From Octopus bimaculoides (Eukaryota), in contig NC_068983.1 of the NCBI RefSeq assembly GCF_001194135.2, forward strand, positions 111,993,703-112,057,702: DNA of 64,000 bases, written 5' to 3'. Under the pieces are notes generated by a model. That model was given only the letters and a program-made list of their open reading frames with translations. It did not search any database and was not told the DNA's origin. Below are positions 35,326 to 48,450 of the stretch, piece by piece. Each line of letters begins with the position of its first letter. Within the stretch, counting starts at the first letter, position 1. A program made the translations under genes and the position numbers.

Positions 35326-36429
35326 AAGCAGCACACCTGTACTGTCACTATTCACTCTTTATGATAAGCTTTTGCACAGCTCCATGCAGAATATAATCCT
35401 CCACTAGGTAGTACCATATGTAACACTAGGGAATAACACCAATTGTGACTGAGAATATGTATTATAGGTTTGTATTTAAAGGCCCTATTGTTCTTTAGTC
35501 CGAGGTCTAAAGAACAATAAGCATTCTAATTTTCTTGCACCATATTTTTTTTCTGTTACTATTTATTTCATGTAAGATAGAGCCAGTTTCCTTCGTAATT
35601 TTTCTTTTAAAATAACCATTTGGAGAAATTTTTACTTAAGGAAGTATTGATCACTTTAATTACATAATAAAATGTGTTAAGATGTTAGACTTCTTGTCTC
35701 TTTTAGCATATGAGCATCTAGTTGTTTCATCAATTAACTAACCTGTGCATTGAATTAATAAGAAAAGTGACTCAGTATTCCAGAGACACCTATGTCACTA
35801 ATATAATTCACAAACAGAATCAATGTGATGAAGCACACCTTCAAATTAGGGATATAATGAGCTGCATGGGAATGTGAATTAGAAATAGCAAGAAATATGT
35901 CATTAATATAAAGAAAGTATATAGCATCACTAAACCATAGGAGACTTGGTCAGTGAAACTTTCAATTATTTACGATCAGTTACTTCTCTGCTATTGTTAA
36001 CTATTTCCCTAAATGACTGGATAGTTAGTATTCTTGAATTTTTAATGTTGATGCAGCAAACCATGGGAGGCTTGGTCTGTGAAACCTTCAATCATTTACC
36101 ATCAGTCACTTCTCTGCTATTGTAAACTACTCTCCTTAATTACTGGATGGTTAATATTCTTGACCTTTTAATGTTGATGCTTTTCTTCCTATTGATATCT
36201 GATGGGCATCTACAGTTTCAGCCTCTCAATTTTGCTGACGTGGTTTGGATAGGCTAGGGGCTAGGGTAACGACACCCACACAACATACCATACTGTAGTT
36301 TAAAACCTAAACCTTCATGCAAGGGTCCAGGAACAAGAGGTGCAGGGTGTGCACTTGCACCCCCTAAAATTTTGTTGGGGTGCAAAATTCAATATTGCAC
36401 TCCCTACTTACCTTACCCAGGCATAGAAA

Positions 36430-36960
36430 ATAGCACAATTGATGAACTATTAAACCCCACAATCAAAACCCCTTCACAGTTCAGCTTTTCACTTCCTCAT
36501 TTCCTCAGAATACCACAAGTGACCTATGATCATCATTGCCATTATGTTCTACTGCTACTACCCTTACCACAACTAACAATAGCAACAACAACAAGATCAG
36601 CATCGGAAGTAGCTCTTCAGTACTAGAACAATTGATGACCTATTAAATTCCACAATCAAGAGCCCTTCATAGTCTAGCTAGCCACTTCCTCATTCCCTCT
36701 GAATACCATTACTGGCCTCTCATCATCATTGCCATTATGTTCTACTTCTACTGCTACTGCCCTTACCACAGCTCAACAATAGCAACCACAACAAGATTAG
36801 CATTGAAAGTCAATACTAGAACAATTGATGACCCATTAAACAACACAGTCTCAATCTCTTCTCCAGTTAGGTCACTCAAATTCTTCTCAGAATGACACAA
36901 GAGATCCATCACCACCATTGTCATCCTATTCTACTGCTTCTGTCATTACCACGACTACTA
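36430..36960. repeat. Diverged tandem triplication with a 193-bp period
   Basis: Anchor CAATTGATG occurs at 36436, 36629 and 36822. Confidence 0.8.
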
Positions 36961-37710
36961 CTCCAATTAGTTTAATAAATAATCACCACCACCCCCCTAC
37001 CACCACCACCGTTCACCTCAATCTGAATGTATATCTGCAAATAATAAAATGTGAAAATCAGACTAAGTTGGAACTTGACTGATTAATATATATATATATA
37101 TATATATANNNNNNNNNNNNNNNNNNNNNNNNNNNNNNNNNNNNNNNNNNNNNNNNNNNNNNNNNNNNNNNNNNNNNNNNNNNNNNNNNNNNNNNNNNNN
37201 NNNNNNNNNNNNNNNNNNNNNNNNNNNNNNNNNNNNNNNNNNNNNNNNNNNNNNNNNNNNNNNNNNNNNNNNNNNNNNNNNNNNNNNNNNNNNNNNNNNN
37301 NNNNNNNNNNNNNNNNNNNNNNNNNNNNNNNNNNNNNNNNNNNNNNNNNNNNNNNNNNNNNNNNNNNNNNNNNNNNNNNNNNNNNNNNNNNNNNNNNNNN
37401 NNNNNNNNNNNNNNNNNNNNNNNNNNNNNNNNNNNNNNNNNNNNNNNNNNNNNNNNNNNNNNNNNNNNNNNNNNNNNNNTGTGTGTGTGTGTGAGTGAGT
37501 GTGTGTGTGCATGCATGTGTACATATAGATGTACACACATATGTATTTTAAAAACTATGTCTAATGAAATAATGTAATAGGTATGTACTAGTGCTGGGGT
37601 TGGTTTACCACTAAAACTCCAGTTTCAACAGCAGCTGAAACAAAGGTGTTGTTGATGTTGCCTATCAAAGGTGGCTATTAGTGTTTCATCACTGAGCTGG
37701 TAGATATATA

Positions 37711-38937
37711 TCAGGTCATCCCATAAATAATGTTCAAAATATATATATAATTTCTATCAAATTTTACAGTATTCTAAAATGTCAAATGGTATTAATTGAG
37801 ACTCATATGAGTTTGGAAACTTTTAACTTAATATAATTTCTTTTTACAAAATAATCTAACTGAAATAATTACTAATATTAATCCCCCAAAGATGGCTGCA
37901 TACAAGGAGTGTTTAAGGCACATTTATGCTTTGTGAGTTCAAAAAGGGAAACAGAGCAGCAGAACCAATTCAAAATATCCATTCTGTTTGTGCATAAGAG
38001 TTCTTGGATGAAAGAAGTTGCAGAAGATGGGTTGCAAAGTTCAAAAATGGTGATTTCAGCTGAAGACAGAGGTCACAAACAGGATACCCTGTTGAATTTG
38101 ATCATTAGCTTCTTTTGTCAGAGATTGAGAAAGATAATGATGTGTCAGTTAAAGAATTGGCAAGCAAACACGATTCAAGCCATTCAACTATTCATTGCCA
38201 TCTTCAACAGCTTGGAAAGGTTTTCAAACTTGGAAAATGGATCCCCTATGATTTGACAGATGCCAATCAAAAATCATGAGTGCACATTTGCTCATCTCTT
38301 CACTCTCGTGAAAGTATCTCACTGTTTTTGAACAGATTAGCGACTGATGATGAAAAATGGACTTTTTATGAAAATGTTAAGTGACATAGGCAATGGAACC
38401 TCTGTGCAAAAATTGTTCTTTCTATTTGGTGAGATTGCACTGGAGTGATCCATTTTAAGCTGCTACCAACTAAAAAATAATTACCAACAATTAGAGCGTT
38501 TGGATGCTGCTTTAAATAAAAAAAATGTCTGCTTTGGCGAACCATAAGGAAGCAGTGTTTCATCATGATAATGCAAGGCTCCACACTGCAAAAATTACAT
38601 CAGTAAACATGGAAGAACTTGGCTGGGAAAAGCCCCTTCTTACACCTTATCACCAGGACCCTACTCATTCTGATTACCATTTGTTTTGAAGCTTACAGAA
38701 TCATTTAGATAGATTAGTACTCAAAAGCCCCAAAGAGGTCAAAAGTGACCTCTCTTCCTTCTTCTCATCAAAATCAGAAGAGTTTTTCACAAATGGAATT
38801 TAAAAACTGATGAGTAGATTGAAGGAAGTCATCGATAATGATGGGAATTATAAACAGGATTAAATTTAAATAAAATGTGAAATTAAATCACTTTGTCCCT
38901 TACCCAAAATTCAGACATTACTTATGGGATGACTTGT
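37711..38937 (+). mobile_element. Mariner (DD34D) transposon, full length but pseudogenised
   Basis: TA|TCAGGTCATCCCATAAATAATG...CATTACTTATGGGATGACTTGT|TA. Translated remnants RLATDDEKWTFYEN, VFHHDNARLHT and PTHSDYHLF*SLQNHL. Confidence 0.9.
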
Positions 38938-39099
38938 TATATTAAAAAGAGAGATGAATGTGTAAAACATGTCATTTATAATTCAAACATAATTGCAGAG
39001 TAGTTATAGTAAATAACGGATTAAGAAATAATACATAAAGTTTCTTATAGTTGTTTCTAGAATAGCTGAGCATGTAGATCATATATCATTGAGCAAAGA

Positions 39100-40320
39100 T
39101 TTCCATGTAAGCCAACTATTCTGTCTTTGGAGAGACAGAATTAAAGAAAATCTTTAATAAATGATATTAGTAGTTACCAGTGCATCAAAAAATTAAAGAA
39201 CATACTTCGTGAAAGACAATAGAGATTAGCACTTTCATGATTAGAGAATTACGGAAATCTTTAGTAAAAGAGAATAGTAGTTCACAGATCCATTGTTGAA
39301 GCATCGAGGAATGTTCTTAGTAAAAGATAAAATAAGTTACTAGTTCCATCATCAAAGAGAAAGTTAACATGCATCACAGGAAACTTTGTAAATCTCAAAC
39401 AGAACTTGCTCAAGAATATAGTACAGAAATATGTCAGCAACTTAAATGATGAGTTAATTTCCTATCTGATACCATACGAAATGAAATCCTAGAGGCATAT
39501 GCTCATAACGTCCAATATGAGATCAGAAAAAAAGTCGAAGATTCCATGTTTATTGATGTGATTGCCTTGGCATGGAACAAGAATCAGTTATTGTCATTAT
39601 TTTTCTGAAAACCAGGATGTCCACAAAGATTTTCTCAGGTTTTATAATGCTCCTGACTACACTTTAGAGACAATGACTAAGGTTATTCTGGATGTTTTTG
39701 TTTCCTAAACATTTCTCTGGGCTCAAAATTATGTTGTCTTTGATGGTACATGTACTATGACCAGAAACATTTCAGGTATACAAAAGAGATTAAAAGACCT
39801 GTTTTCACTCTAGATCTTGTCCTCCAAGAAATTGGATCTATGGTTACCATGGTCACTGATGCATTGAACTTTGTTCACCAATGCACCTTCTGAAAAGTAA
39901 TATGGATAAGCCTTTGTGATGAGAATGTCATGTTGCAAACTTGTGTCCATTGCATCAAACAAGAGAGAATGTTCAGCATACTTTTCTGTTTGAAGATCTG
40001 ACTCCACACCACAATGATGCAACACTGTCTGATACACTGTGCTGTAATGTATATGCATAAAAACTTGTGCAATGAAAACACTTAGGACATCCTCTTGAAA
40101 AATTTCATCACCAAAATAAGTGAGTATAGAAAAATTTGGGGAATGACTTCAAACATTGCTTTTCCATATATAATAATAATAATAACAATAAATGTTTGTT
40201 CGGATATTAAGATTAAAAAAGAAACTGGACTTGAGTTTGCATGCCCTAAACAAATTTTGTTCCTAGGCCACTGCCTTTCATGGCTGTGAAGCAATTTTTT
40301 TAACTATTCAGCTATACCCA
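39100..40320 (+). mobile_element. Decayed hAT transposase (DUF4371/ZMYM1-like type)
   Basis: Remnants LSDTIRNEILEAYAHNVQYEIRKKVEDSMFIDVIA, KDFLRFYNAPDYTLETMTKVILDVF and VFDGTCTMTRNISGIQKRLKD resemble hAT motifs SPDIQNEI, EEFLGF and YDGAxNMSG. Confidence 0.7.
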
Positions 40321-42107
40321 CATTTATAATATAGTGAGAAATGTACATCCTATTATATTTGATATAGTAAGATACATCTTAAATTTAATCATTTGAGAGT
40401 GTTGATTATTGGTCTGAGATATCAATCATAGAATGCTGTAGCCTCTGCTATATACATTGAGCTGTCAGAGAAATACATAATAGTTATACCTATACAGTTA
40501 TCAGTTCAAAAGTTCAAAATGCATTGTAATAAATGTAGAAGAGACAGAAAAGGCAAACAGTTTGTTGACAAGTGAATATTTGTTAATCAGTTGGATGGTG
40601 TCAGGGCCCTGATCTTTGCAAAAGTCAGCAATTGACCAGGATTAAAATATTTTCTGACCCTGAGGTGGAAGCCTTGACTTTTTGATACATTCTCAGTAAC
40701 GTGAGGTTACCACTAGAGACTATATTGTCTATTATTTCTTGCAAAATTCTTGTAATAATTCATGCATATGGAAGGGAATACATGATTGTTTCCTGGATAT
40801 GAGGAGTGACTGTGTTTTGAAAAGATCAGTTCATGGAAATAGGGCACATTTAGCATGTGGTATATAAGTTGTATGTGGATAACACCTGTGAGCAAAAGGC
40901 CAAAAACTTATGATTTTTGCATCAACTGCATGAGAATATGAATTATAAATAGCAACAAATGTCATTAATATACAGAAAGTAGATAGCATCATCAAACCAT
41001 GGGAGACTTGGTCTGTGAAACCTTCAGTCATTTCTCTGTTATTGTAAGCTACTTCCCTTAATTACTGGATGGTTAATATTGTTGATGCTTTTTTTACTAT
41101 ACTTTTTGGTAAAATAATAACATTAAAGCTGATCTTAATCATTGATTTTTACGTAAACTCTTGCCTTGTGTAGTTTGAAATTAAAGCTGGTTGCGTTATT
41201 CTAAATCAATGATTTTTAACTTTTTTATTTTTGGTTTAGTACCTTTGTTCAAGTATTTGTAAATGCTAAAAACCTCTCCTTGCCATAAATTTGACAGTTA
41301 ATGATCCAGTAACTATGAAAATACAATAGATTGCTATGTGAAAGGAAAGTTGTTATCATTTACATTTTACACTCATAGGTAAAAAGCAATCTGTGGTTTT
41401 GATACAAATTTATTTTTAAATAATGAACATGAAGAGAACAGATTAATGCAAAACAAAAATGTGTAAACATAATGCAGTTAATGAAAGTAATAATTAAATT
41501 TGTTTGAATTTAATGGCTAAAAAAACCTGATGATGATTTGATAATTTTTGAATATTTGGAGCAAAGTTTGACAATATTTCAAGTTTCCCATCCCACTTGT
41601 TTGCAGTGTAGTTCACTTCTTGGTTAACAATTGCAACTCAACACGGAAACCATCCTTAAACAAATATAAAGAAGTAAAATGATAGAAGAAGTAATTTTAT
41701 TTCATGCCAAAGTTTAGGATACATGTTTTGCATTTTTGGCCAGAAAGCTTCATATTCATTTTGTTGAAACTGTATATAAACTTCAAGACTATTTTCTAAG
41801 TTTATTCATTCTTCAAAAAGTTTTGGATTAGTAAAATGTGCATTAGATAGATAAGCATTTATGTTCTACTCTGGTATTTTCAGTCCATAAAATTTTTTAA
41901 ATCTATCATCTTTCAGTGCCTGAAGATAGGAACACTAACATTCCAGAACTGTATTTAATATCAAATCTCTTCCATTATTTTCTTATATTACCTGCATTTT
42001 TGGAAACTACTAAAAAGCACGGTCTTGCAATGCCTATTAATAAAACATAATTTAGTAAAACATAATTTTACAAATAACATAACCTGTCATTCCTTTTCTT
42101 GTGCTGG

Positions 42108-42276
42108 TGCAGGCATGGCTGTGTGGTTAAGAAGCTTCCTTTACAATCATTTGGTTCCAGGTTCAGTCCAACTGCATTACACTCTGGACAAGTGTCTTCT
42201 ACTATAGTCCTGGATCAACCAACATCTGGAGAATAAATTTAGTTACCAGAAACTACAAAGAAACCTATTGTACATA
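42108..42276 (+). mobile_element. SINE family A 5' half, truncated at the mariner insertion
   Basis: ggtgcaggcatggctgtgtggttaagaagctt...ggttcagtcc. Confidence 0.7.
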
Positions 42277-43390
42277 CAAAGGTGGGCTGAAAAGTTCATA
42301 GGCTGACTATGAAGGAGTGATGCTAGAGCTGTGAAATCCTGCACACATTAATTTCAGCTCTTTTTATTTATAACTGCATTGTGTCTTTCCAGCTAAACTG
42401 ACATCTGACTGATCAAAGAAAACTTCAAAAGTAACTAGTAGAGACTTCTCTTGAAAATGGAGAAAATTTGGCTTCATGGTGTTATCAAGTACCTGTTGAT
42501 AAATGTTTATTCCCCAAGGACATTCCGGCTGATATGGTTGCTACATCATGGAATAACACTCCAGCTTTATCAATGGTGCAAAAATGGGCAGCTGAATTTA
42601 GGAGGGAAAGGTAAAGTGCTAAAGATGACTTAATGTCTGGATGTCCTGCAACTTCCATCACCTGGAAAAACATCTGTCGTGTTCACTGCATGTGGACAGA
42701 TGACAGACTATTGACAATAAACCAAATAGCCAATGCTATTTGCATATTATGTGAGAGAGCTGTGAATATTCTGCACAATGAACTTAGCATGACAAAGGTT
42801 TCTGCTTGGAGGGTGCCATGTCTTCTGAAACTTGATCAAAAGTGTACCAGGCTGATCACACCGCAGGAAAATCTGACATTGTTTGAGGCAGATCCAGTTG
42901 GTTTCCTTGAATGTTTCCTAATCCGGGATGAGTGTTGCCTTCATCATTTTGAACTAGAGACAAAGAAACAATCACTGCAATGGAAACACCCCTCCTCACC
43001 TGATCCAAAGATGGCCATGGTCGTTTCATCTTCAGGGAAGATGATAGCCTCAGTTTTTGGTGATGCTAAAGGCATTGTATTTATTGACTATCCTCAAAAG
43101 GGTCACACCACCAATGAAGAGTACTATGCCAACTTGCTGAGACAGTTACAAAAGGCTATCAAGACAAAACACCAAGGAAAACTGCTGAAAAGGGTCTTGT
43201 TTCATCAGGACAATGCTCCAGCACACAATTCCTTGGTTTGAATGGTTGGTGTGGATGACTGGTTTTGAACTGGTTGGTCTGCTACCCTAATCATCTAATT
43301 TGGCTCCATCAGTGTTTTCTGCCTTTTATTTATGCTGTAGGTACTTCGTGGGGATCTCTTGTCCTTGAATTGCATGGGAGTAGCCTTCAA

Positions 43391-43423
<33 letters not shown>

Positions 43424-43700
43424 ATGAGGGTTGGTTGATAAGTTCATAGGCTGACCGAGATGATCTCCATTATCTGTTCCCCAACATGAAAATATACTTG
43501 GATGGGAACCAGTATTGCATTGATGATGCTGTCATATCTGCTCTTGATGACTTCTTTTGAGTAACAGGATGAAAACTTCTTCCCAAATGGGATCCCAGCA
43601 CCTCAACAGCAATGGAAGAAGTGTGTGGACCACAACAGTGACTATACTGAAAAATAAACCTTATTATCTTGGTCAGCCTATGAACTTATCAACCAACCCT

Positions 43701-43702
<2 letters not shown>
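42277..43702 (+). mobile_element. Mariner transposon (pseudogenised) with an internal rearrangement
   Basis: TIRs TA|CAAAGGTGGGCTGAAAAGTTCATAGGCTGAC and GTCAGCCTATGAACTTATCAACCAACCCTCA|TA. ORF 42633-43241 has WRVP (WVPH-like), RDECCLH (TxDETW-like) and FHQDNAPAH. The C-terminus LFPNMK...WKKCVD is at 43470-43655. Confidence 0.92.
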
Positions 43703-43734
<32 letters not shown>

Positions 43735-43736
<2 letters not shown>

Positions 43737-44460
43737 CTTTGAAGGCTACCTCCATGCAATTCAGGGACAAGAGATCCCCACCAAGTACCTACAACATAAA
43801 TAAGAAGCAGAAAACACTGACAGACAACAAATCTAGGCTTTGCAAGCCCAAGACTGAAGACATCAACCACATTATTACCAGCTGCAAGAGAATGTCTTCC
43901 AGATATAATCTTCCCATGAGGCATAATGCAGTGGCCATAATGGTCTGGAACAGGATAACAAAAAAGAAAATTTCTTCAGATGAAGCTGATGATATTGACT
44001 GATGGGTCAATAGAAAATTGGTGAAACTTAAAAAATTAAATGGCCACTAAATTAAAGTACAAATGGCCAGATATTGTTGTGTGTAGTTGCAAGGAAAAGA
44101 TGTTTTTTTTTGTGGAAATCAGCTGCCCTCTAGACACCAATGTGGTAAGAAAAATACAAGATAAAGAGCATATCTATTGACCATTGATGAGAAATTTGAA
44201 AATCTAGTACCCAAGATATACTTTCAGCTTCATACCTATTATTATTAGAGCAACAAGATACATGCCATCCCATCTCGAGGAATGTATGGGCTGTTGGTGA
44301 TAGAATGCAAATCCTTAATTTATACACTACAAATGATCACAGTATCTGAGACCACAAAACCTGCAAGACCTTCATAAAATTTAAAGGATGATGAATAAAA
44401 CAAGACGCTTTCCTTCACAACCTTGCTACGATGTAGGTAGAAAGTCAAAATTAAAAAGAG
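43735..44460 (+). mobile_element. RLE-type (R4/NeSL-like) non-LTR retrotransposon 3' fragment
   Basis: EGYLHAIQ.QEIPTKY, a CCHC-like knuckle (S)RLCKPKTEDINHIITSC...RHNAVA, and the PD-(D/E)xK-type segment KWPDIVV...FVEISCPLDTNVVRKIQDK. Confidence 0.8.
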
Positions 44461-44772
44461 AAAGTAAAGACATACATGCATGTATATGTGTATAAATGTG
44501 TCCAGTCCATGATGATGAGAATGATGATGAGGATGATGTATATTTGTATGTGCATCTTTGTATTTGTCCCACCACCATCACTTGACAATTGTTATTTGTC
44601 AATGATCCTTTAACTTAGTGGTTTGGCAAAAGAGACCAATGGAATAAGTAACACTTAAAATAAGTCCAGGTTGATTTGTCTGACTAAATCTTTAAAAGTT
44701 GTGCTCCAACATGGCCAAGTTGCTTGATTGGGCCTTACTGGGGATACCAGACAGCAACAACAATGACAACAA

Positions 44773-46541
44773 CAATCCAATAATAATTTTGCTTGTTCCT
44801 CAGTTACTTAGCCCGTTTGTAACGCTCTCACATGAGTAGTTGAAAGGAAAAGCAAAGAGTGAGGGAAAAAGGAGAAAGAAAAAGGAGAGAGAAAAAGAGG
44901 GTAAGGCAAAGACTGAGAGAGAAAGAAAAAAGAGGGAGACAGAATTTAACTAATTAAGTAATTAAGCAAGCATCCAAATAATTAAATAACTAATTAATTA
45001 AACAGGCAATTAATTAACTACTTGAGCAACTAATTAATTAATTAATTAAGCAAGCAAGAAACTAAGTAATTAACTAATTAAATAAGCAAGCAACTAACTA
45101 ATTAACTAACTAATTAAGCAAGCAAGCAACTTATTAATGAGCTAATTACTTAAGAAGCAAGTAACTAATCAGTTAACTAATTTATTACACAAGTGAGTAA
45201 TTCATTAGCTAATTTACTAAGCAAGCAAGTAATTAACTAATCAAGCAAGAAAGCAACTAATTAATTAATTAATTAGTTAATTAAGCCAGCAAGCAAATAA
45301 TTAACTAATTCATTAAGCAATTAATTAAGTGATTAAGCAAGCAAGCAACTAATTAATGAACTAATTAATTAAGAAGCAAGCAACTGATTTATTAACTAAT
45401 TAATTGAGAAGTAAGCAACTAATTAATTACCTAATTAAGCAAGGAAGTGACAACCTGATTAACTAATTAAGCAAGCAGCTAATTAATTAACTAATTATGG
45501 GAGCAAGGAACTAATTAATTAAATAATCAATTAAGCAAGCAACTAATTAAATAACTAATGAATCCAGCAAGCAAGTGACTGATTAATAAACTATTTAATT
45601 AAGCAAGCAAACGGCTTATAACTAATTAATTAACAAAGTAAACAACTAATTAATGAACTAATTATAATTATAATTAATTAATTACCTGCTTGGTCAATCA
45701 GTTAATTGATAAGTTTCTACTTTGCTTAATTTGTTAGTTCATTAATTAGTTGCTTGCTTAATTAATTAGCAAATTCATTAGTTGCTTGCTTAATTAATTA
45801 GCAAATTCATTAGTTGCTTGCTTAATTAGTTAGTGAATTCATTAACTGCTTGCTTGCTTAATTACTTAGTTAATTAGGTAGTTGCTTGCATACGTAATTA
45901 GTTACTTAATCTTGATTAATTTATTAATTAGTTGCTTGCTTACTTAATTAATTAATTAGTTGCTTGATTGCTTTGTTGGTTATGTAATTGATTGCTTGCT
46001 TCATTAAAAAGTTAATTAATTAGTTCCTTAATTTATTAGCTAATGAATTAATTAGTTGCTTGCTCAGTTTATTAGTTCAATTATTGCTTGCTTGCTTGCT
46101 TGCTTAATAAATCAGTTCATTAATTAGTTGCTTGTTTGGTTAATTAGTTAGTTAATTAATTAGTTGCTTGTGTAATTAATTAGTTAGTTAATTAATTAGT
46201 TTCTGGTTTAATTAATTAATTAATTAGTTGCTTTTCTGGTTAAGTAGTTAGTTAATTAGTTGCTTGTGTAATTAATTAATTAGTTAATTAATTAGTTGCT
46301 TGTTTAATTAATTAATTAATTAATTAGTTACTTGCTTAATTAATTAGTCAAATAATTAATTGCTTTCTCTCTCCCTCATTTTCCCCTCCCTCTTTTTCTC
46401 TGTCTCTCTTTTACTCTCCTTACCCTCTTTTTCTTTCTTCTTCTTTTGCTCTCACTCTTTGTCTCTCCCTCCAACTAATCGCGTGAAAGCGTTACAGACA
46501 GGCTAAGCAGCAGAAAAAGAACCAGAATTATTATTAGATTG
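44773..46541. mobile_element. Foldback-like element: inverted arms of a TIR, a GA-rich tract and a ~30-bp AT-rich satellite
   Basis: Outer arms cttagcccgtttgtaacgctctcac / gtgaaagcgttacagacaggctaag. AAGCAAGCAACTAATTAA-type repeats switch to TTAATTAGTTGCTTGCTT at about 45680. Confidence 0.8.
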
Positions 46542-47929
46542 AAATTGCTAAAATATGGGATGAAATTTTACACAAGTGTGCTCTTCTTTTCTCTTCCCTA
46601 AATATTTAATGTCTTTTTGCTCTTCAGTTTATGATGATAAAGTGGCATAATCATTAGAGCATCAGAAAAATGCCTTGGAATGTAACATTCTCTTCCTCCA
46701 GCTGTCATATCTTGGACAAGAATGAGATGGTGAATGGGGAGCCTGTGTTTGCTTGTGACTACATGGACACATAAAAAATGGAAACATCAAAAACACATAA
46801 ATCAATTCCAACTGGCCATATTCATTTATTTAGATATCAATTTACAAATTTCTCGGCTGGCTGGCTTTGAAGTCATATTTCGATTCTAGTTAATTTCTTT
46901 CACTTCAATTAGACTACTAAATGTGAGACACAAATCTCACCCACTTACCCCATGGGTGAAAGTTATTTTTTAATATTCCTTCGACAGATGCAATACTAAC
47001 TTGGTAAGTATAGCAAATATAACTGACTGAATCAAAAATCTGTTGTTACAGGTAGTGGTTAAGTTAACGAGGAAGTCTCATCCCCATTACTCAACCTGTT
47101 ACAAATAGCAACAAAATTTTTCTTCCAATCACATCTTACTGCCCTCAAAATCTAGTTAACATTAGAAAAGGTATTCCTACAAAGACACGATGGTCATGGT
47201 TGGAATGCCCTATGATCATATTCTGCTAGGCCAATGCTGACTGGGAACTCAACAACTGGTACTGGTTTTAACACTCTTGGTGGCTGAAAAGCGAAGATGA
47301 CCATAGGTATTTGAACTGAAATTGTAGGATAAGAAAACTAAATTGTCCTTTCTGTAGCTATTCCTAATCATCATTACCCACTTTATTTGCAAAATAGTCA
47401 TTTTCTGATCTTTCTGGTGTCCAAGAATGGATATTGATGTGGATGAGTTTTCTTCAAATGTAATTCTGGAGAAGTGAAGGGGCAAATTTACTTTATCTTG
47501 TCTTACTCATTCTGTCCCATCTAAATTTGTCTTTTATATGCTCAAAGAGAACAGATAATTTTCTGAAGTAGTTTTTTGAAAATGTTATAGTGTTATTAAT
47601 GCATTTAGAGATGATCATTTTCTTAGCTGATGTAGTTATTGCTAGATAGTGAATATTTATAAAAATATATTTTTCTTCAAAGTCAAAATTGCAGTAAATA
47701 TTACTCATTGTGCCCCGCCACCCCTTACTGGGAACTGGAAAAACAGACTTTTGGAATATCATTAATTATTATGCCAAGGTTCCAACCCAGGCTACAGCAA
47801 ACAAAGTCTACCTGTCGCACTTTACAGTCAATCATGACTGCTTCGAGGTCATGAATACATTCCAGGCCAGTGTCTGCAATCAAGTTGTTGATGTAAGTGT
47901 GATGATGAATTCTTCTGCTTATACCACCA

Positions 47930-48450
47930 TGAAGTGGGTTCTACAAGACTAATTTGGATATTCCCTGCTTAGGGTGGTGCACACAGTGATCAGATAATTG
48001 CAGATGTCTTTGCTTGATCTTCTTGCTAACCTTCAGCAGGTCTCCATAAAGGAAATTCATTTGCCATATGTTGCTGCCATTTCATATTTAGAGCCATTTG
48101 TAGCAATTTTATGCAGCATCCATTTAATCCATTTGATAATTTTCTTGTCAGTATCCATGTTTCACTGACATACAATAGCATTGATTCAACTGTTGCAATG
48201 AACAACTTGATTTTGATTTGCCTCGGCAATTTGGAGTTTCAGACTATCTTTAGTTTGTGACAGTCAGTCCATATTGTGCTTTCATGATCTTGATATCTGC
48301 TTCCAAACTGCTCACCCAACCATCTAAATATGTGAAGTCTTCAATAACATTCAATTTGAAACCTCTTAGAGCAAACAGTTCAGTGTCACTTGATACCATT
48401 TTAAAGAATAATATCCTGAAATGTAGTCCATGATATTGAGAAAGACATGT
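47930..48450 (-). mobile_element. RTE/RTEX-like LINE ORF2 fragment
   Basis: VIEDFTYL.GW...ADIKI, then IKIKLFIATVESMLLYVSETWILT...LNGC..KLLQMALN..WQQH..N. Confidence 0.75.
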
